Source: an uncultured Clostridia bacterium (GTDB taxonomy: Bacteria > Bacillota > Clostridia > TANB77 > CAG-508). From it: a stretch of 60,867 nt of DNA. The stretch spans positions 1-60,867 of the forward strand of contig CALXBZ010000001.1 in the NCBI GenBank assembly GCA_944386665.1, written 5' to 3'. A model generated the notes under the pieces. It was not told the origin of the DNA. It saw only the letters and a list, made by a program, of their open reading frames with translations, and searched no databases. How positions within the stretch are numbered: the first letter of the stretch is position 1; each line of letters begins with the position of its first letter. Of the stretch, positions 26,245 to 37,318 are shown one piece after another. A program made the translations under genes and the position numbers.

Positions 26245-26760
26245 TTAGTTTCTGTAGTAGTTATTCCAATTGCCGTTATAATTACAAATACCACTACGTC
26301 CGTTATTGCAGTTGTTATTTCTATTTCGACAGATGTTACAATTGTTATTACAATTATTGATTCCATTGCGTATAATATTGCAATTGCAACCGTTGCCGTC
26401 TTGGTTGTTATCTTCTGCATCATCATTATTATCATTTTCTAAAATCTTATTTGTTCTTAGTACATTTGTATTTACTCTTCTCGCATTTATATTCTGCGTA
26501 TTTATATTTCTAAATGTTATGCCATCTTCTGATATGATTTTACATATAAATTTTATTATTAAGGCTGTAATAAAAGAAATTATTGTATATGCAATTGCTA
26601 ACACTAAGAATTCTATATTTCCTATTGTAAATGTCAAAATTAGAAAAATCGCAAAAAATGTTGACGCTACTAGCCATGGACAATTAAGTATTTTTTGAAG
26701 CACTATTGATAATATGATAACAGCCAATGGTATTGCAAAAAATAATAGTAACAAATTCAT
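26245..26760 (-). CDS. Membrane protein with Asn/Cys-rich C-terminal tail (171 aa)
   Basis: About three TM helices, then DGNGCNCNIIRNGINNCNNNCNICRNRNNNCNNGRSGICNYNGNWNNYYRN. Confidence 0.55.
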   Translation of the reverse strand: MNLLLLFFAIPLAVIILSIVLQKILNCPWLVASTFFAIFLILTFTIGNIEFLVLAIAYTIISFITALIIKFICKIISEDGITFRNINTQNINARRVNTNVLRTNKILENDNNDDAEDNNQDGNGCNCNIIRNGINNCNNNCNICRNRNNNCNNGRSGICNYNGNWNNYYRN

Positions 26761-26875
26761 ATTTATTTCTCCTTTTTATTATTGGATTTTATATATAATA
26801 TGATTTGTTACTATTAAAAGTTACACTAAGATATCATTCTTTATGTTTATTTTTTATTTAAGATAATAATATTTA

Positions 26876-27613
26876 TTAATTATATAATACTTCCACTAAA
26901 TATAATCCATGTGCTGGCAAAGTCTTTCCTGCTTTTTGTCTATCTTTTGAATCTATTATATTTTTAATCTCATCAGGTGCTATTTTCCCCATTCCCACTT
27001 CTAATAAAGTTCCAGATATTATTCTAACCATATTATATAAAAAACCATTTCCTGTGAGTTCTATTATTATTCTTTCTCCCTCTTTTTTTACAATTGCTTT
27101 ATAAATGCTTCTAACACTATTTTTTCCACTAGTTCCACTAGATTTAAATGCTTTAAAATCATGTACTCCTTCAAAATATTTTGTTGCCTCTTTCATTTTT
27201 TCTACATCTAGTTCTATTGGAAAACAATATTCTAGGTTTCTATATATAGCTGTTCCAGATTTTGAATTATTAATAATATATCTATATGTTTTTTGTTTTG
27301 CATTATATCTACTATGGAATCTTTCATCTACTACTTCTGCTTTTTTTATAATAATACTATTTTTTAATTGTGAATTTATTGCAAGCGGTAATTTTTCTAT
27401 GGAAATGTTTGAATTAGTTTTAAAATTTGCTATTTGTCCTAATGCATGAACCCCCGCATCTGTTCTTCCCGAGCCAATAAGATCTACTTCTTCTTTCGTT
27501 ATATTATAAATTGCCTTTTCTATTTCGCCTTGTATATTTAATTTATTAGGCTGTTTTTGCCACCCGTTAAAGTCCTTTCCGTCGTATTCTATTGTTAGTT
27601 TTATATTTCTCAT
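26876..27613 (-). CDS. truA: tRNA pseudouridine(38-40) synthase TruA
   Basis: IEYDGKDFNGWQKQ and GSGRTDAGVHALGQ motifs. Start set at the second ATG (27613), preceded by GGGAGA. The track ORF extends to 27625. Confidence 0.9.
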   Translation of the reverse strand: MRNIKLTIEYDGKDFNGWQKQPNKLNIQGEIEKAIYNITKEEVDLIGSGRTDAGVHALGQIANFKTNSNISIEKLPLAINSQLKNSIIIKKAEVVDERFHSRYNAKQKTYRYIINNSKSGTAIYRNLEYCFPIELDVEKMKEATKYFEGVHDFKAFKSSGTSGKNSVRSIYKAIVKKEGERIIIELTGNGFLYNMVRIISGTLLEVGMGKIAPDEIKNIIDSKDRQKAGKTLPAHGLYLVEVLYN

Positions 27614-27705
27614 ATTATCTCCCATAAATATTTTAATTCAGACTAGTATTTTTCACTCATATTAGTCTGAATTTATTTTTTGCTTTTTCTTATATTTTTT
27701 ATTTA

Positions 27706-28677
27706 CTAATTTTCTTTATCTTCATTAGTAACTTTTTGTTTATCATCTGTAGAAATATTACTTTCATTTTCTTTGTTTTTCTTTTTTATTTCTCTCAATC
27801 TTTTTAATCTATTTGTCTTATTCTTTTCCTTATTTTCTAATCTATTTGTTATTATATTTTTTATTAGTATTTTCTTTAACGCTTCCTCGCTTACATCTGC
27901 GATTAAAGTTCCATCTTTTGCAATAGAAACCTTACCAGATTCTTCTGAAACTACTATCGCTATTGCATCATATTCCTTAGATACTCCTACTGCAGCTCTA
28001 TGTCTTGTGCCTAGTTCTCTAGAAATATCTTTACCACTGGCTAGTGGCAATATACACGCTGCTGCTGAAATTTTATTATTTCTAATAACAATAGCTCCAT
28101 CATGTAATGGCGTTTTGGGAACAAATATATTTACTAATAATTGAGGAGATATTTCGCTATTCATAGCCACTCCTGTAGATGTTATATCGCTTAAGCTTAT
28201 ATCTCTTTGTATTACTATTAATGCTCCAGTTTTTGTTTTAGCCATTTCTTCAACAGCTATAACTATTTTATATATATCTTCTCTAGTTTTAGTTTCAATA
28301 CTTTTTTCAATTCCTAAAAAGTTTGTTAATTTATTTGTTCCTAATTGCTCTAAGGCTCTTCGTATTTCTGGTTGAAATATTATTACTAATGCTATTACTC
28401 CAGATGGTAATATTGCTGTTAGTGTTGAATAAACAATATGTAAGTTTAATATCCCACTAACCCAAGTAAACAAAATAATTAATATAATTCCTTTTATTAA
28501 TTGCATTACTCTAGAATCTTTTGCAATTTTTAGTAATTTAATTAAAACAAATATTACTATTGCTAAGTCTAGAATTAGCGATACCAATTTTATTGGATAT
28601 TCTTGCAACAATTTAACATATTCTGTAATATTATATCCCCAGTTATTTATGGCTCCCATTATAAAATTTTCCTTCAT
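27706..28677 (-). CDS. cdaA: Diadenylate cyclase CdaA (DisA_N domain) with a Lys/Glu-rich C-terminal tail
   Basis: Three N-terminal TM helices, then TGALIVIQRD, PLHDGAIVI and LGTRHRAA...VVSEESG motifs. Confidence 0.9.
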   Translation of the reverse strand: MKENFIMGAINNWGYNITEYVKLLQEYPIKLVSLILDLAIVIFVLIKLLKIAKDSRVMQLIKGIILIILFTWVSGILNLHIVYSTLTAILPSGVIALVIIFQPEIRRALEQLGTNKLTNFLGIEKSIETKTREDIYKIVIAVEEMAKTKTGALIVIQRDISLSDITSTGVAMNSEISPQLLVNIFVPKTPLHDGAIVIRNNKISAAACILPLASGKDISRELGTRHRAAVGVSKEYDAIAIVVSEESGKVSIAKDGTLIADVSEEALKKILIKNIITNRLENKEKNKTNRLKRLREIKKKNKENESNISTDDKQKVTNEDKEN

Positions 28678-28772
28678 TTCTTAGTTCTTTCCTTCCATAA
28701 AGTACAAATTGAATTGAAAATAATTACAATTTAACTGTTAATTAAAAAGTAATTATTCTCCAATTTTATACT

Positions 28773-28886
28773 CTAATGTAATAAATAGTATAATAATGTT
28801 GTACATACTGCCAACAGCATTATTCCTGCTAATAGTCCTGCCATTATTCTTACAAATATTTTGTTTGCATCATGTTTTTTTGACAT
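28773..28886 (-). CDS. Small single-TM protein (37 aa), not in the ORF track
   Basis: My translation: MSKKHDANKIFVRIMAGLLAGIMLLAVCTTLLYYLLH. Strong SD GGAGGAATATT before the ATG. Confidence 0.4.
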   Translation of the reverse strand: MSKKHDANKIFVRIMAGLLAGIMLLAVCTTLLYYLLH

Positions 28887-28933
28887 AATATTCCTCCACT
28901 ATTTTTTCTAGTTTTTATTTTAGCATTTTTTAA

Positions 28934-30904
28934 TTATTTTTTCAATATTTCTGCTAATGTTATTACATACATTGCATGAGACCAACCTAATCCTGTTATC
29001 CAAGCAGGTTTCATTGTATTATTATCAACTTGTTCTGCTAGGAATCCTAAAGGAGAAGCACTATTAGTTACAAATTTAAAACAATCTTCAGCCATTTTTT
29101 TATTGCCCGATTTTAAATAATACATTGCCATCCATAAAGTAGCAATTGGCCATGGATTTTTTCCTTCTATGTAGCTATCTTGTTCAAATCTTAAATAACC
29201 ACCTGTATATGTACGCAATGTTAAATTTATTTTTTCTACTGTATTTGTTATTGTCTTTTCTTTATTTCCAAACATTCCGAATGGATATACTGTTCCCAAT
29301 ATACTTATATCCATTTTATTATCATTTAAATTTCTTCGTAAGGTCTTTGTACTCTCATCATACATATTTTTTTCTACATATTTTTTGATATTATTTATTT
29401 CCTTTTCAATTTTTGAAATGTTTTTAGTAATTTGTTCCAGTTTTAATCTATTATTTTCATATTTTGGCTTTATTTCTTCATAAATTCCAAGCATTGCATT
29501 TAATGCACCATATATGCTGGCTAGCGAATATAAGTGAACACCCTCATTCATTTCCCATAGATCATAACTTAAATGTTTATAAATTTTATCTTTTTCTCTT
29601 CCTTCTTCTCTAACTTTATCTTCAATTTCTTTTTTTACTAGATCATTTTCTTCTTTTTCTTCAAATATATTTTCTAAATATTTAAATAGGAAGTGCATTG
29701 CATTTTCACACATTTTTATATTGTTAGATAAAAATTTTATATCTTTGTTTATTTTATAGTGTTGAAAAATTCCATAGATTACACTTGCTGTTTCATCAAT
29801 TTGATATCCCCAACAAGGTGCCAATGTTCCATCTGTGTAGAATCTTTGCTCCCACATTCCATTTTTACTTTGAGTTTTCTTACAAAATACTTCATAAAAC
29901 TTTTCAGTTTCCTTATACATATTTAACTCATCTAAAGCTTTTGTTATAAAAACAGCATCTCTTGGCCAGCAATATGAGTATCTGCCACTTTTTTCTCTAT
30001 TTTCGTCAACTTCTATAGTTGCAGATATTCCTCCTGTTTCTTCATTCTGTAGTAATGGAAATAATAATATTGTACGATTATATATTTTTTTTACTTTTTC
30101 GTTTACAATTTTACTATCAGTTTCTTTTATTTTAAGTCCATCATGTTTTTCTAAATAGCTAGTCCAATATTTTTTAGTTTGATTATATTCTTTATGTATG
30201 TCAATTTTCTTTAGTGTTTCTATTTTTTCTTCTAGCTCTTCCATATTTTTTATATTCTTATTATTATCGATATATATAAATAAAGAAAATTCAATTTGCT
30301 CTCCAGAACTTATTTTTCCTAAATTGTAGCTTATTGCAGAATCTTCAGACATTCCTATGTAATCTTTGTCTTCTAACACAGCATCACGTATGTAATTTTG
30401 CACATCATTTATCCTATGTCCTGAAATGTTCTTATTTGCAAATGTAGAGAAAGAAAAATCGTGATTATATTGAATAAGTCCATTATCAATTACTTTTCCA
30501 GATACCATATTGTTATAGTTTGTATATAATTTTGAGCGAACTATAAAACTTAAATTCAAATCTATTTTATTATTGTTCGTAAAAATATATTTTTTTACTA
30601 TTACGTTTTCTTTTGTCATTACAAAATCAGTCTGTTTTATGTTTATTTTAAAATATGTATTTTCTATTTCTGTATTTAATATGTTTGTATTCTCGGTGTA
30701 ATATTGATAATACCTATTATTTATGTCTTCATGTAAATATATAATTGCTGAATCGTTTATTTTCATTCCTAAATGAAATAAATCTACAAACTGTTTAAAA
30801 TCTACATTTGGGTAATATGCTCTTAGCAACTCTCCTTTATTACTAAATGTTGCTCTTATATTTTTATTTCCTATAATTGCGTCATTAAAAAATTTATTAT
30901 TCAT
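28934..30904 (-). CDS. Glycoside hydrolase family 15 (glucoamylase-like)
   Basis: YSYCWPRDAVFITKAL and DLWEMNEGVHLYS catalytic-region motifs. 656 aa. Confidence 0.75.
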   Translation of the reverse strand: MNNKFFNDAIIGNKNIRATFSNKGELLRAYYPNVDFKQFVDLFHLGMKINDSAIIYLHEDINNRYYQYYTENTNILNTEIENTYFKINIKQTDFVMTKENVIVKKYIFTNNNKIDLNLSFIVRSKLYTNYNNMVSGKVIDNGLIQYNHDFSFSTFANKNISGHRINDVQNYIRDAVLEDKDYIGMSEDSAISYNLGKISSGEQIEFSLFIYIDNNKNIKNMEELEEKIETLKKIDIHKEYNQTKKYWTSYLEKHDGLKIKETDSKIVNEKVKKIYNRTILLFPLLQNEETGGISATIEVDENREKSGRYSYCWPRDAVFITKALDELNMYKETEKFYEVFCKKTQSKNGMWEQRFYTDGTLAPCWGYQIDETASVIYGIFQHYKINKDIKFLSNNIKMCENAMHFLFKYLENIFEEKEENDLVKKEIEDKVREEGREKDKIYKHLSYDLWEMNEGVHLYSLASIYGALNAMLGIYEEIKPKYENNRLKLEQITKNISKIEKEINNIKKYVEKNMYDESTKTLRRNLNDNKMDISILGTVYPFGMFGNKEKTITNTVEKINLTLRTYTGGYLRFEQDSYIEGKNPWPIATLWMAMYYLKSGNKKMAEDCFKFVTNSASPLGFLAEQVDNNTMKPAWITGLGWSHAMYVITLAEILKK

Positions 30905-30923
30905 TAGTATTCTCCTTTATTTA

Positions 30924-32582
30924 CTAACTGTTTTCTATAATCTCTACAATTTTTCTTTCTAATTCTTTTATTTTCTCGTTTACTTTGCTTACATCTTCAT
31001 CGCTTCTTTCTTGTACAAGTAAATCTTCTTTTATTATGTTTTTCATATCTTCAATTTCTTCTTGTAATGTTTCCATTCTATCTAGCACTTCTAATCTTAA
31101 GAAGCGTTTTTCAACTGGATTTTCATATTTTTTCTCCATTTGTAAGCTGTCATCTAAAGTATATTTTTCTCCAAAATTTGGTATTGTTACTGGAATTTCT
31201 GTGCTTTCTACTATTTTGTTTTTAAGCACTAATTGTCCATTTGGTTCACCATGTACTAAAAAGATATGTTTTGGTTTTTTTATAAATGAATATATGAAGT
31301 TTAATAACCATTCTTGGTCAGCATGACCTGAATACCCTTCTATATATTCAATTCTAGCTTTTACACTAAATTCTTCTCCAAAGATTTTCACTTTTTTTGC
31401 ACCATCTACTATTGTTCTTCCTAGTGTTCCTGGTGCTTGGTATCCTACAAAGAGTATTGTACTATTTGGATTCCAAATATTATGTTTTAGATGGTGCTTT
31501 ATTCTTCCTACTTCGCACATACCACTTGCAGATATAATAATTGCTGGTTCGTCACTTTCATTTAATGCTTTTGATTCATCTGCTGTTCTTGTAAATTTAA
31601 GTCCAGAAAATTCTAGTGGATTGTCTCCTCTTTTCATTATTTCTTTTGTTTCGTCATCAAATAAATCTTCATTTTCTTTAAATATTTCTGTTGCAGATAT
31701 TGCAAGAGGGCTATCTACATATACAGGTGCTTTCATTAGCTTTTCATACTCTTCTTGAAATTTTTCGTCTTTGCTTCTTTCTTCTTTTATCATATTTAGC
31801 TCATACAATATTTCTTGTGTTCTGCCAACAGCAAAAGAAGGTATTACAACTGTTCCACCATTATCTAATGTTTCTGATACAATATTTAAAAATGTTTCTG
31901 CTTTTTCATCATTTCTAAGATGAAGTCTATCCCCATATGTAGACTCCATTATTAAGTAATCCGCATCCTCTATCATTGTAGGAGATGCTAAAAGTGGAAT
32001 ATCATTATTGCCCAAATCACCTGTAAATACAGCTTTTGTTGTTTTTCCGTTTTCGTTTACCCATACTTCTATAATTGCAGAGCCCAACATGTGTCCTGCA
32101 TCATTAAATCTTACATGTATATTTTCGTCTATATCTATTATTTCGTCATATTTTACTGGCTCAAATATTTCCAAACATTTAATAGCATCTTCTGCCGTAT
32201 ATAGTGGAGGTTTTTGCTTTTCTCCTTTTCTTTTTCTTTTATTATTTTTCCATTCATTTTCTTGCTCTTGTATGTGACCACTATCTGGCAACATTATTGA
32301 ACACAAATCACATGTTGCTTTTGTTGCATATACTTTTCCTCTAAAACCTTCATTATATAATCTTGGAATTCTTCCTGAGTGATCTATGTGAGCATGTGTT
32401 AATAACATAAAATCTATATCATTTACATCATATAAAAATGGGGCTTCGTTTTCCATTTCATCTGTTGCTTTTCCTTGATACATTCCGCAATCAACTAAGA
32501 ATTTTTTTCCTGCTCCTTCTACCAAAAAGTTAGAGCCTGTAACCATTTTAGTTGCTCCTAAAAAAGTTATATTCATACGCAT
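30924..32582 (-). CDS. MBL-fold beta-CASP family nuclease (putative RNase)
   Basis: LLTHAHIDHSGRIP (HxHxDH), beta-CASP-type spacing and SGHAD near the C-terminus, with a coiled-coil tail. Start moved to an ATG next to AAAGGAG. The track ORF extends to 32627. Confidence 0.75.
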   Translation of the reverse strand: MRMNITFLGATKMVTGSNFLVEGAGKKFLVDCGMYQGKATDEMENEAPFLYDVNDIDFMLLTHAHIDHSGRIPRLYNEGFRGKVYATKATCDLCSIMLPDSGHIQEQENEWKNNKRKRKGEKQKPPLYTAEDAIKCLEIFEPVKYDEIIDIDENIHVRFNDAGHMLGSAIIEVWVNENGKTTKAVFTGDLGNNDIPLLASPTMIEDADYLIMESTYGDRLHLRNDEKAETFLNIVSETLDNGGTVVIPSFAVGRTQEILYELNMIKEERSKDEKFQEEYEKLMKAPVYVDSPLAISATEIFKENEDLFDDETKEIMKRGDNPLEFSGLKFTRTADESKALNESDEPAIIISASGMCEVGRIKHHLKHNIWNPNSTILFVGYQAPGTLGRTIVDGAKKVKIFGEEFSVKARIEYIEGYSGHADQEWLLNFIYSFIKKPKHIFLVHGEPNGQLVLKNKIVESTEIPVTIPNFGEKYTLDDSLQMEKKYENPVEKRFLRLEVLDRMETLQEEIEDMKNIIKEDLLVQERSDEDVSKVNEKIKELERKIVEIIENS

Positions 32583-32676
32583 TTTCTCCTTTCTTATTTT
32601 CATCTTACGTATATAATTCAACTGCAATTTTAGTAATTTATCTAAAATTCATATAATGCATTAAAAATTCATTTTT

Positions 32677-34257
32677 TTAGAATTTAAGAAACAATGGAAT
32701 TTTCTTATTCGTTTTAACATTTAATAGGTCTAAATTGTAAACTACCTCATTATACACATTTTCTAGTTCTTTTAAATCACATACACTTATTGATATATAG
32801 TATTTTGTTTCGTTTACATATTTTTCTGTTTTTATTTTATTTATTTTTATTTGTACTTCTTTTAAATTTATTATTTTTGTAATAAATGCATATTTTAATA
32901 TATTGTAACACAAACTTGCGCTATCAGAAAAATTAGTTATTATTTCTTTATCTATGCAATTATCAATTATACTATTCATAACTTTTTCTATTGATTCTTG
33001 TAATTTTTCTACATCACTTATAGTATTTCTTTGATATATAGGAATTAGACAATAATATCTAAACTCATATATTAACTTTTCAAGGTAATCTTTATTATTT
33101 GAGTTTTGTTCTATTTGTTTCTCAAATCTATTTAAAAATTCTAATTGTAAATTAATCATAGTTTGTTTTTTAGATTCTACATTACTCAAATTTTCTACTA
33201 CATTTTTTAGTAAATCATTTTCATTTTCTATTTTTTGTTTTTGTTTTACAAATTTACTTGGGTCTAAAAAGTTATTTATTCTCTTTATTTCTTTTAATTT
33301 TTCTTCTCTTTCTTTTGCTAATATGTCCAATAAATAACTCACACTAAAAATTTTTTTATTATTTGGCAATTTTGCATTTCTTTTATCATATTCTTTTCTT
33401 AACTTTTCTTTATCGTTTATCGTTTCGTCTATTTTTTTTATTTCATTGAATATATTTTTCTTATTTTCTGAAATTTTATCTAAAAATTTTTTCTTATTTT
33501 CCATTAATTTTAATAATTCAGAAAGTTCATTTAATTTATTTTGTATATTTGTTTTGACATGTTCATTTTGTTCAGAAACCAAAGTTAATATAATAATATA
33601 CATATATTTTTCAAAAGTTTTTGAATCTTGAATAGCCTTTTCAAAGTTTTTATTGTAAAATTCAGGATTGTCTACATTTATATTTAGCATCATAATATTT
33701 TGAAAAATCAAATTATATTCAATATTTTCTATATTTTTTATATTATTATTCCATGACCAGCCATCAAAATCTCTTATTGGCTCACTCTCATTTAGGCATA
33801 TTCCTTTTATTACAAATTCTTTAATTGCGTCTTCATAATATTCTTTATTTGAATTTTTTAATTCATGTACTTTTTTGTATTCTTCTTGTAAAAGATTCAT
33901 TTCTATTAATGAATATAATAAATCTTCTTCATTTGCATATACCAAAATAGAGCCTCTATCTACATCTATTTTGCAAATTTTATTTTCTTGCTCTAGAGGC
34001 TTACTTAGTTCTGTTTTTGGTGTAACAATTTTAATGTCAAAGCATTGTTCTTCTATAATTTTTAATATTTTTTCCATAAAGTTTTCTTTTGGAATAGCTT
34101 TAACTTTAACTTTAGTATAATCATTATATCCATTTTCAATTTTGTACAACATACTTAGTAATAAGTTTTTTACATCTTCATCATAAGTCTTATTATCTAG
34201 TATTTTTTCTAATCTATTATTGTATTCATTAGATGTCATTTTTGAAAATATTTTCAT
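32677..34257 (-). CDS. Hypothetical Lys/Glu/Asn-rich coiled-coil protein (526 aa)
   Basis: Long ORF. No motif recognised. Confidence 0.5.
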   Translation of the reverse strand: MKIFSKMTSNEYNNRLEKILDNKTYDEDVKNLLLSMLYKIENGYNDYTKVKVKAIPKENFMEKILKIIEEQCFDIKIVTPKTELSKPLEQENKICKIDVDRGSILVYANEEDLLYSLIEMNLLQEEYKKVHELKNSNKEYYEDAIKEFVIKGICLNESEPIRDFDGWSWNNNIKNIENIEYNLIFQNIMMLNINVDNPEFYNKNFEKAIQDSKTFEKYMYIIILTLVSEQNEHVKTNIQNKLNELSELLKLMENKKKFLDKISENKKNIFNEIKKIDETINDKEKLRKEYDKRNAKLPNNKKIFSVSYLLDILAKEREEKLKEIKRINNFLDPSKFVKQKQKIENENDLLKNVVENLSNVESKKQTMINLQLEFLNRFEKQIEQNSNNKDYLEKLIYEFRYYCLIPIYQRNTISDVEKLQESIEKVMNSIIDNCIDKEIITNFSDSASLCYNILKYAFITKIINLKEVQIKINKIKTEKYVNETKYYISISVCDLKELENVYNEVVYNLDLLNVKTNKKIPLFLKF

Positions 34258-34345
34258 ATTTCATTCCTTCCATAATGCACAAATCTGGTTGGAAAAAATT
34301 GTTGCTAATTAGTTTATTTTCATTTGTGCTTTACTAATGTTCTTA

Positions 34346-36709
34346 TTAAGAATTTAGTTCGTCCCAACGATCTTTAGTCATAAGAACTTCCCTTGGTTTG
34401 CTTCCTTGGTATCCAGAAATTATGCCTCTTTCCTCCATTTGATCAATTATTCTTCCTGCTCTTGCGTATCCAACTTTAAATTTTCTTTGTATAAAAGAGG
34501 TAGACGCTTGTCCTGTTTCGATTACTGTTTCTATTGCATCATTTAATAGTGGATCTGTTTCATCATCACTATCTAAGGCTCCTTCATCAATTTCTTTGTC
34601 TGTGCTATTTGCCTTTTCTATGTATTCTGTTATATCTTCTCTATATGTAGTTTCTCCTCCATTAGCTTTTATAAAGTTTACTACTTTTTCAACTTCTTTA
34701 TCTGAGATAAAAGCTCCTTGAATTCTAACTGGCTTTGGAGCTCCTGTTGGGAAAAATAACATATCTCCTTTTCCTAATAATTTATCTGCTCCAACTTGAT
34801 CTAATATTGTTCTAGAGTCAACTTGAGATGATACTGCAAAAGCAATTCTTGATGGAATATTTGCTTTAATTAATCCTGTAATTACATCTACTGATGGACG
34901 TTGCGTTGCAATTACCAAGTGCATACCAGCAGCTCTAGCTTTTTGTGCTAATCTACAAATAGCATCTTCAACATCACCTTTTGCAACCATCATTAAATCT
35001 GCAAGCTCATCAATTATTATAACGATATGTGGCAATTTTCCAAAATTATCTTCTTTCTCCACAGCTTCATTATAGCCTTTTAGATCCCTTACACCTTTAG
35101 CAGCAAACATTGCATATCTATTTTCCATTTCTTGAACAGCCCAAGCAAGCGCTCCTGCAGCCTTTTTCGGATCTGTTACTACCGGAATTAATAAATGTGG
35201 TATTCCATTATATACTGATAATTCAACTATTTTTGGATCTATCATTATAAGTTTTGCTTCGCTTGGTTTTGCTTTATATATTATGCTTGAAATTAATGTA
35301 TTTATACAAACACTCTTTCCAGATCCAGTTGCACCTGCAATCAGAACATGTGGCATTTTTGCTATATCAGTTACTATTGAATCTCCTGAAACATCTTTTC
35401 CTAATGCAAATGCAAGTTTAGATTTGTGTTCTTTAAATTTTTCATTTTCTAATATATCTCTTAAATGCACAACTTCGCTTTCTTCATTTGGAACTTCTAT
35501 TCCAACTGCTTGCTTTCCTGGAATTGGAGCTTCTATTCTAATTGTTTTAGCAGCTAAATTTAGTGCAATATCATCGGCTAAATTAGCAATTTTGCTTACA
35601 CGTACACCTTCTGCTGGCTTTAATTCGTATCTTGTTATGGCAGGGCCAACAGACACATTTTCTACTTTTGCAGAAACGCCAAAACTGTACAAAGTTTTTT
35701 GTAGCTTTGAAGCAGTATCAGCTAAAGCCCTTTTTCCACCTTTAATGCCTTTTGCTTCTCCCTCACTTAGTAAAGTTAATGGTGGGAATTCGTAATTTTC
35801 ATCTTCAACAGTAAGTGTATGTTCTAATTGTAACACTTGCTTAGTTTTATCTTCTTTTTTCTCTTCTTGTTGTTTAAACAATGTGTCTTCAATAAATTCT
35901 GGAGCCTGTGTTGGTTCTTCTTTTTCCTTTTCTTTTTTATTTTTCTTTACTTCTTTTTCTACATCAAATAATTTTGATTTTTCTATTTCTTTACCATTTA
36001 AATTAATCTGTAATTGTTCTACATCTAATGCAGCTTTTTCTTTTTCTAATTTTTCTCTTAATTTTCTTTCTTTACTTGTTTCTTTTCTATCATTAATTCC
36101 TATTATTTTATCGTTATCATCATCTTCAATTCTATTATGTATTTGTTTCTTAATCTCTTTTTTATGTTCTGCCTCTTCTATAAAATACGAAATTCTATTT
36201 ACCAAATCAATTCCAAACATAGATACACTTAGAGCTATAATTCCTCCTAAAGCTATTATAATGGTACCTACTTTTTCAAATAGCATTATTAAAGGAATAG
36301 TAGCCACAGCTCCTATAGCTCCTCCTCCAGCTCCTTTGGTGCCAAGTTCATAAAACTGACTTATAATCTCTTGCATTGATTTTCCTTCTATTTGCACCTC
36401 TTTTTGATAAATTTCATATACATTCATTATGATTGAGAAGCATAACAATAATACGGAAAACTGCACAATTTTCCTAGACCACGAAGCTTCCCCTTGATAT
36501 GCAATATAAATTGCCATTGCAAAAACACCTACAGGTAATATATATTTCACATATCCCATTATTCCACCTAGAAAAGGGCTTAAATGTTCGCCAATAAATC
36601 CTGAATTTGTGTATATTAAAACTGCTAGTAATATACTTGCTATTATCATTACAGCAATAACTACATTTATATTTACTTGCTTTTTCTTCTTTCTTCCTCT
36701 TTTTGCCAT
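34346..36709 (-). CDS. ftsK: DNA translocase FtsK/SpoIIIE
   Basis: N-terminal TM helices, Walker [20 protein letters not shown], and a C-terminal gamma winged-helix ([19 protein letters not shown]). Start placed at 36709 after GGGGGAAAAC. Confidence 0.95.
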   Translation of the reverse strand: MAKRGRKKKKQVNINVVIAVMIIASILLAVLIYTNSGFIGEHLSPFLGGIMGYVKYILPVGVFAMAIYIAYQGEASWSRKIVQFSVLLLCFSIIMNVYEIYQKEVQIEGKSMQEIISQFYELGTKGAGGGAIGAVATIPLIMLFEKVGTIIIALGGIIALSVSMFGIDLVNRISYFIEEAEHKKEIKKQIHNRIEDDDNDKIIGINDRKETSKERKLREKLEKEKAALDVEQLQINLNGKEIEKSKLFDVEKEVKKNKKEKEKEEPTQAPEFIEDTLFKQQEEKKEDKTKQVLQLEHTLTVEDENYEFPPLTLLSEGEAKGIKGGKRALADTASKLQKTLYSFGVSAKVENVSVGPAITRYELKPAEGVRVSKIANLADDIALNLAAKTIRIEAPIPGKQAVGIEVPNEESEVVHLRDILENEKFKEHKSKLAFALGKDVSGDSIVTDIAKMPHVLIAGATGSGKSVCINTLISSIIYKAKPSEAKLIMIDPKIVELSVYNGIPHLLIPVVTDPKKAAGALAWAVQEMENRYAMFAAKGVRDLKGYNEAVEKEDNFGKLPHIVIIIDELADLMMVAKGDVEDAICRLAQKARAAGMHLVIATQRPSVDVITGLIKANIPSRIAFAVSSQVDSRTILDQVGADKLLGKGDMLFFPTGAPKPVRIQGAFISDKEVEKVVNFIKANGGETTYREDITEYIEKANSTDKEIDEGALDSDDETDPLLNDAIETVIETGQASTSFIQRKFKVGYARAGRIIDQMEERGIISGYQGSKPREVLMTKDRWDELNS

Positions 36710-36869
36710 GTTTTCCCCCTTTGTTTTTATCCTTCTTCGTTCCATTATTATATGTAACCATTTTATAACAAAACAATAAAAAAGTACATAGAAAAATAAT
36801 AAAACTTGAATAGTTTGTTATTCATTATTTTCCCTTCATAAAGAAAATAATAGAGCTACACTAGCCCCA

Positions 36870-37307
36870 TTATTTTACTTCTTTTCTATTGTTTTCAATT
36901 ACTTTCAAAGCATCCTCTAGGGTTACTTGTACACTTGCCAAAATGCTATCAGCATATGCCTTTGTTCCACTAGAAATTTCTCTGGCCATATCGTTAGCAT
37001 TTTCAATAATCTTGCTTTTCTGCTCATAAGCTTTTTTAGTGATTTCATGTTCATCTATCATAGATATTATTCTATTTTCTGCTTCTTTCACTATCTCGCT
37101 TGCTTCTTCATTAGCTTTACTTATAATTCTATCATGTTCTTCTTTAATTACTTTAGCTTGTTTTAATTCCTCAGGCAGTTTCAACCTTATCTCTTTTATT
37201 ATTTCTAATAAATCTTCTTTGTTGATAATTGCTTTATGGGTAAAAGGCACTTCTTTACTATTTTCTAACATATCTTCAATTGTTTCTAACAATGTAAATA
37301 TTTCCAT
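36870..37307 (-). CDS. Hypothetical coiled-coil protein (about 145 aa)
   Basis: Charged helical sequence. Start at 37307 preceded by AAGGGGAAAAC. Abuts rsmD. Confidence 0.5.
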   Translation of the reverse strand: MEIFTLLETIEDMLENSKEVPFTHKAIINKEDLLEIIKEIRLKLPEELKQAKVIKEEHDRIISKANEEASEIVKEAENRIISMIDEHEITKKAYEQKSKIIENANDMAREISSGTKAYADSILASVQVTLEDALKVIENNRKEVK

Positions 37308-37318
37308 GTTTTCCCCTT

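Noticed and set aside
26151-26698. ORFs 26151-26435 (-) and 26306-26698 (+) overlapping the Asn/Cys-tail gene.
   Set aside because: They are alternative frames of the same AT-rich repeat-like coding region and have no SD. The 26245-26760 frame has TM helices and its own terminator.
36474-36776. A 100-aa ORF overlapping the ftsK 5-prime end.
   Set aside because: It is out of frame with the well-supported FtsK N-terminal TM region. The SD at about 36712-36720 serves the ftsK ATG at 36709.
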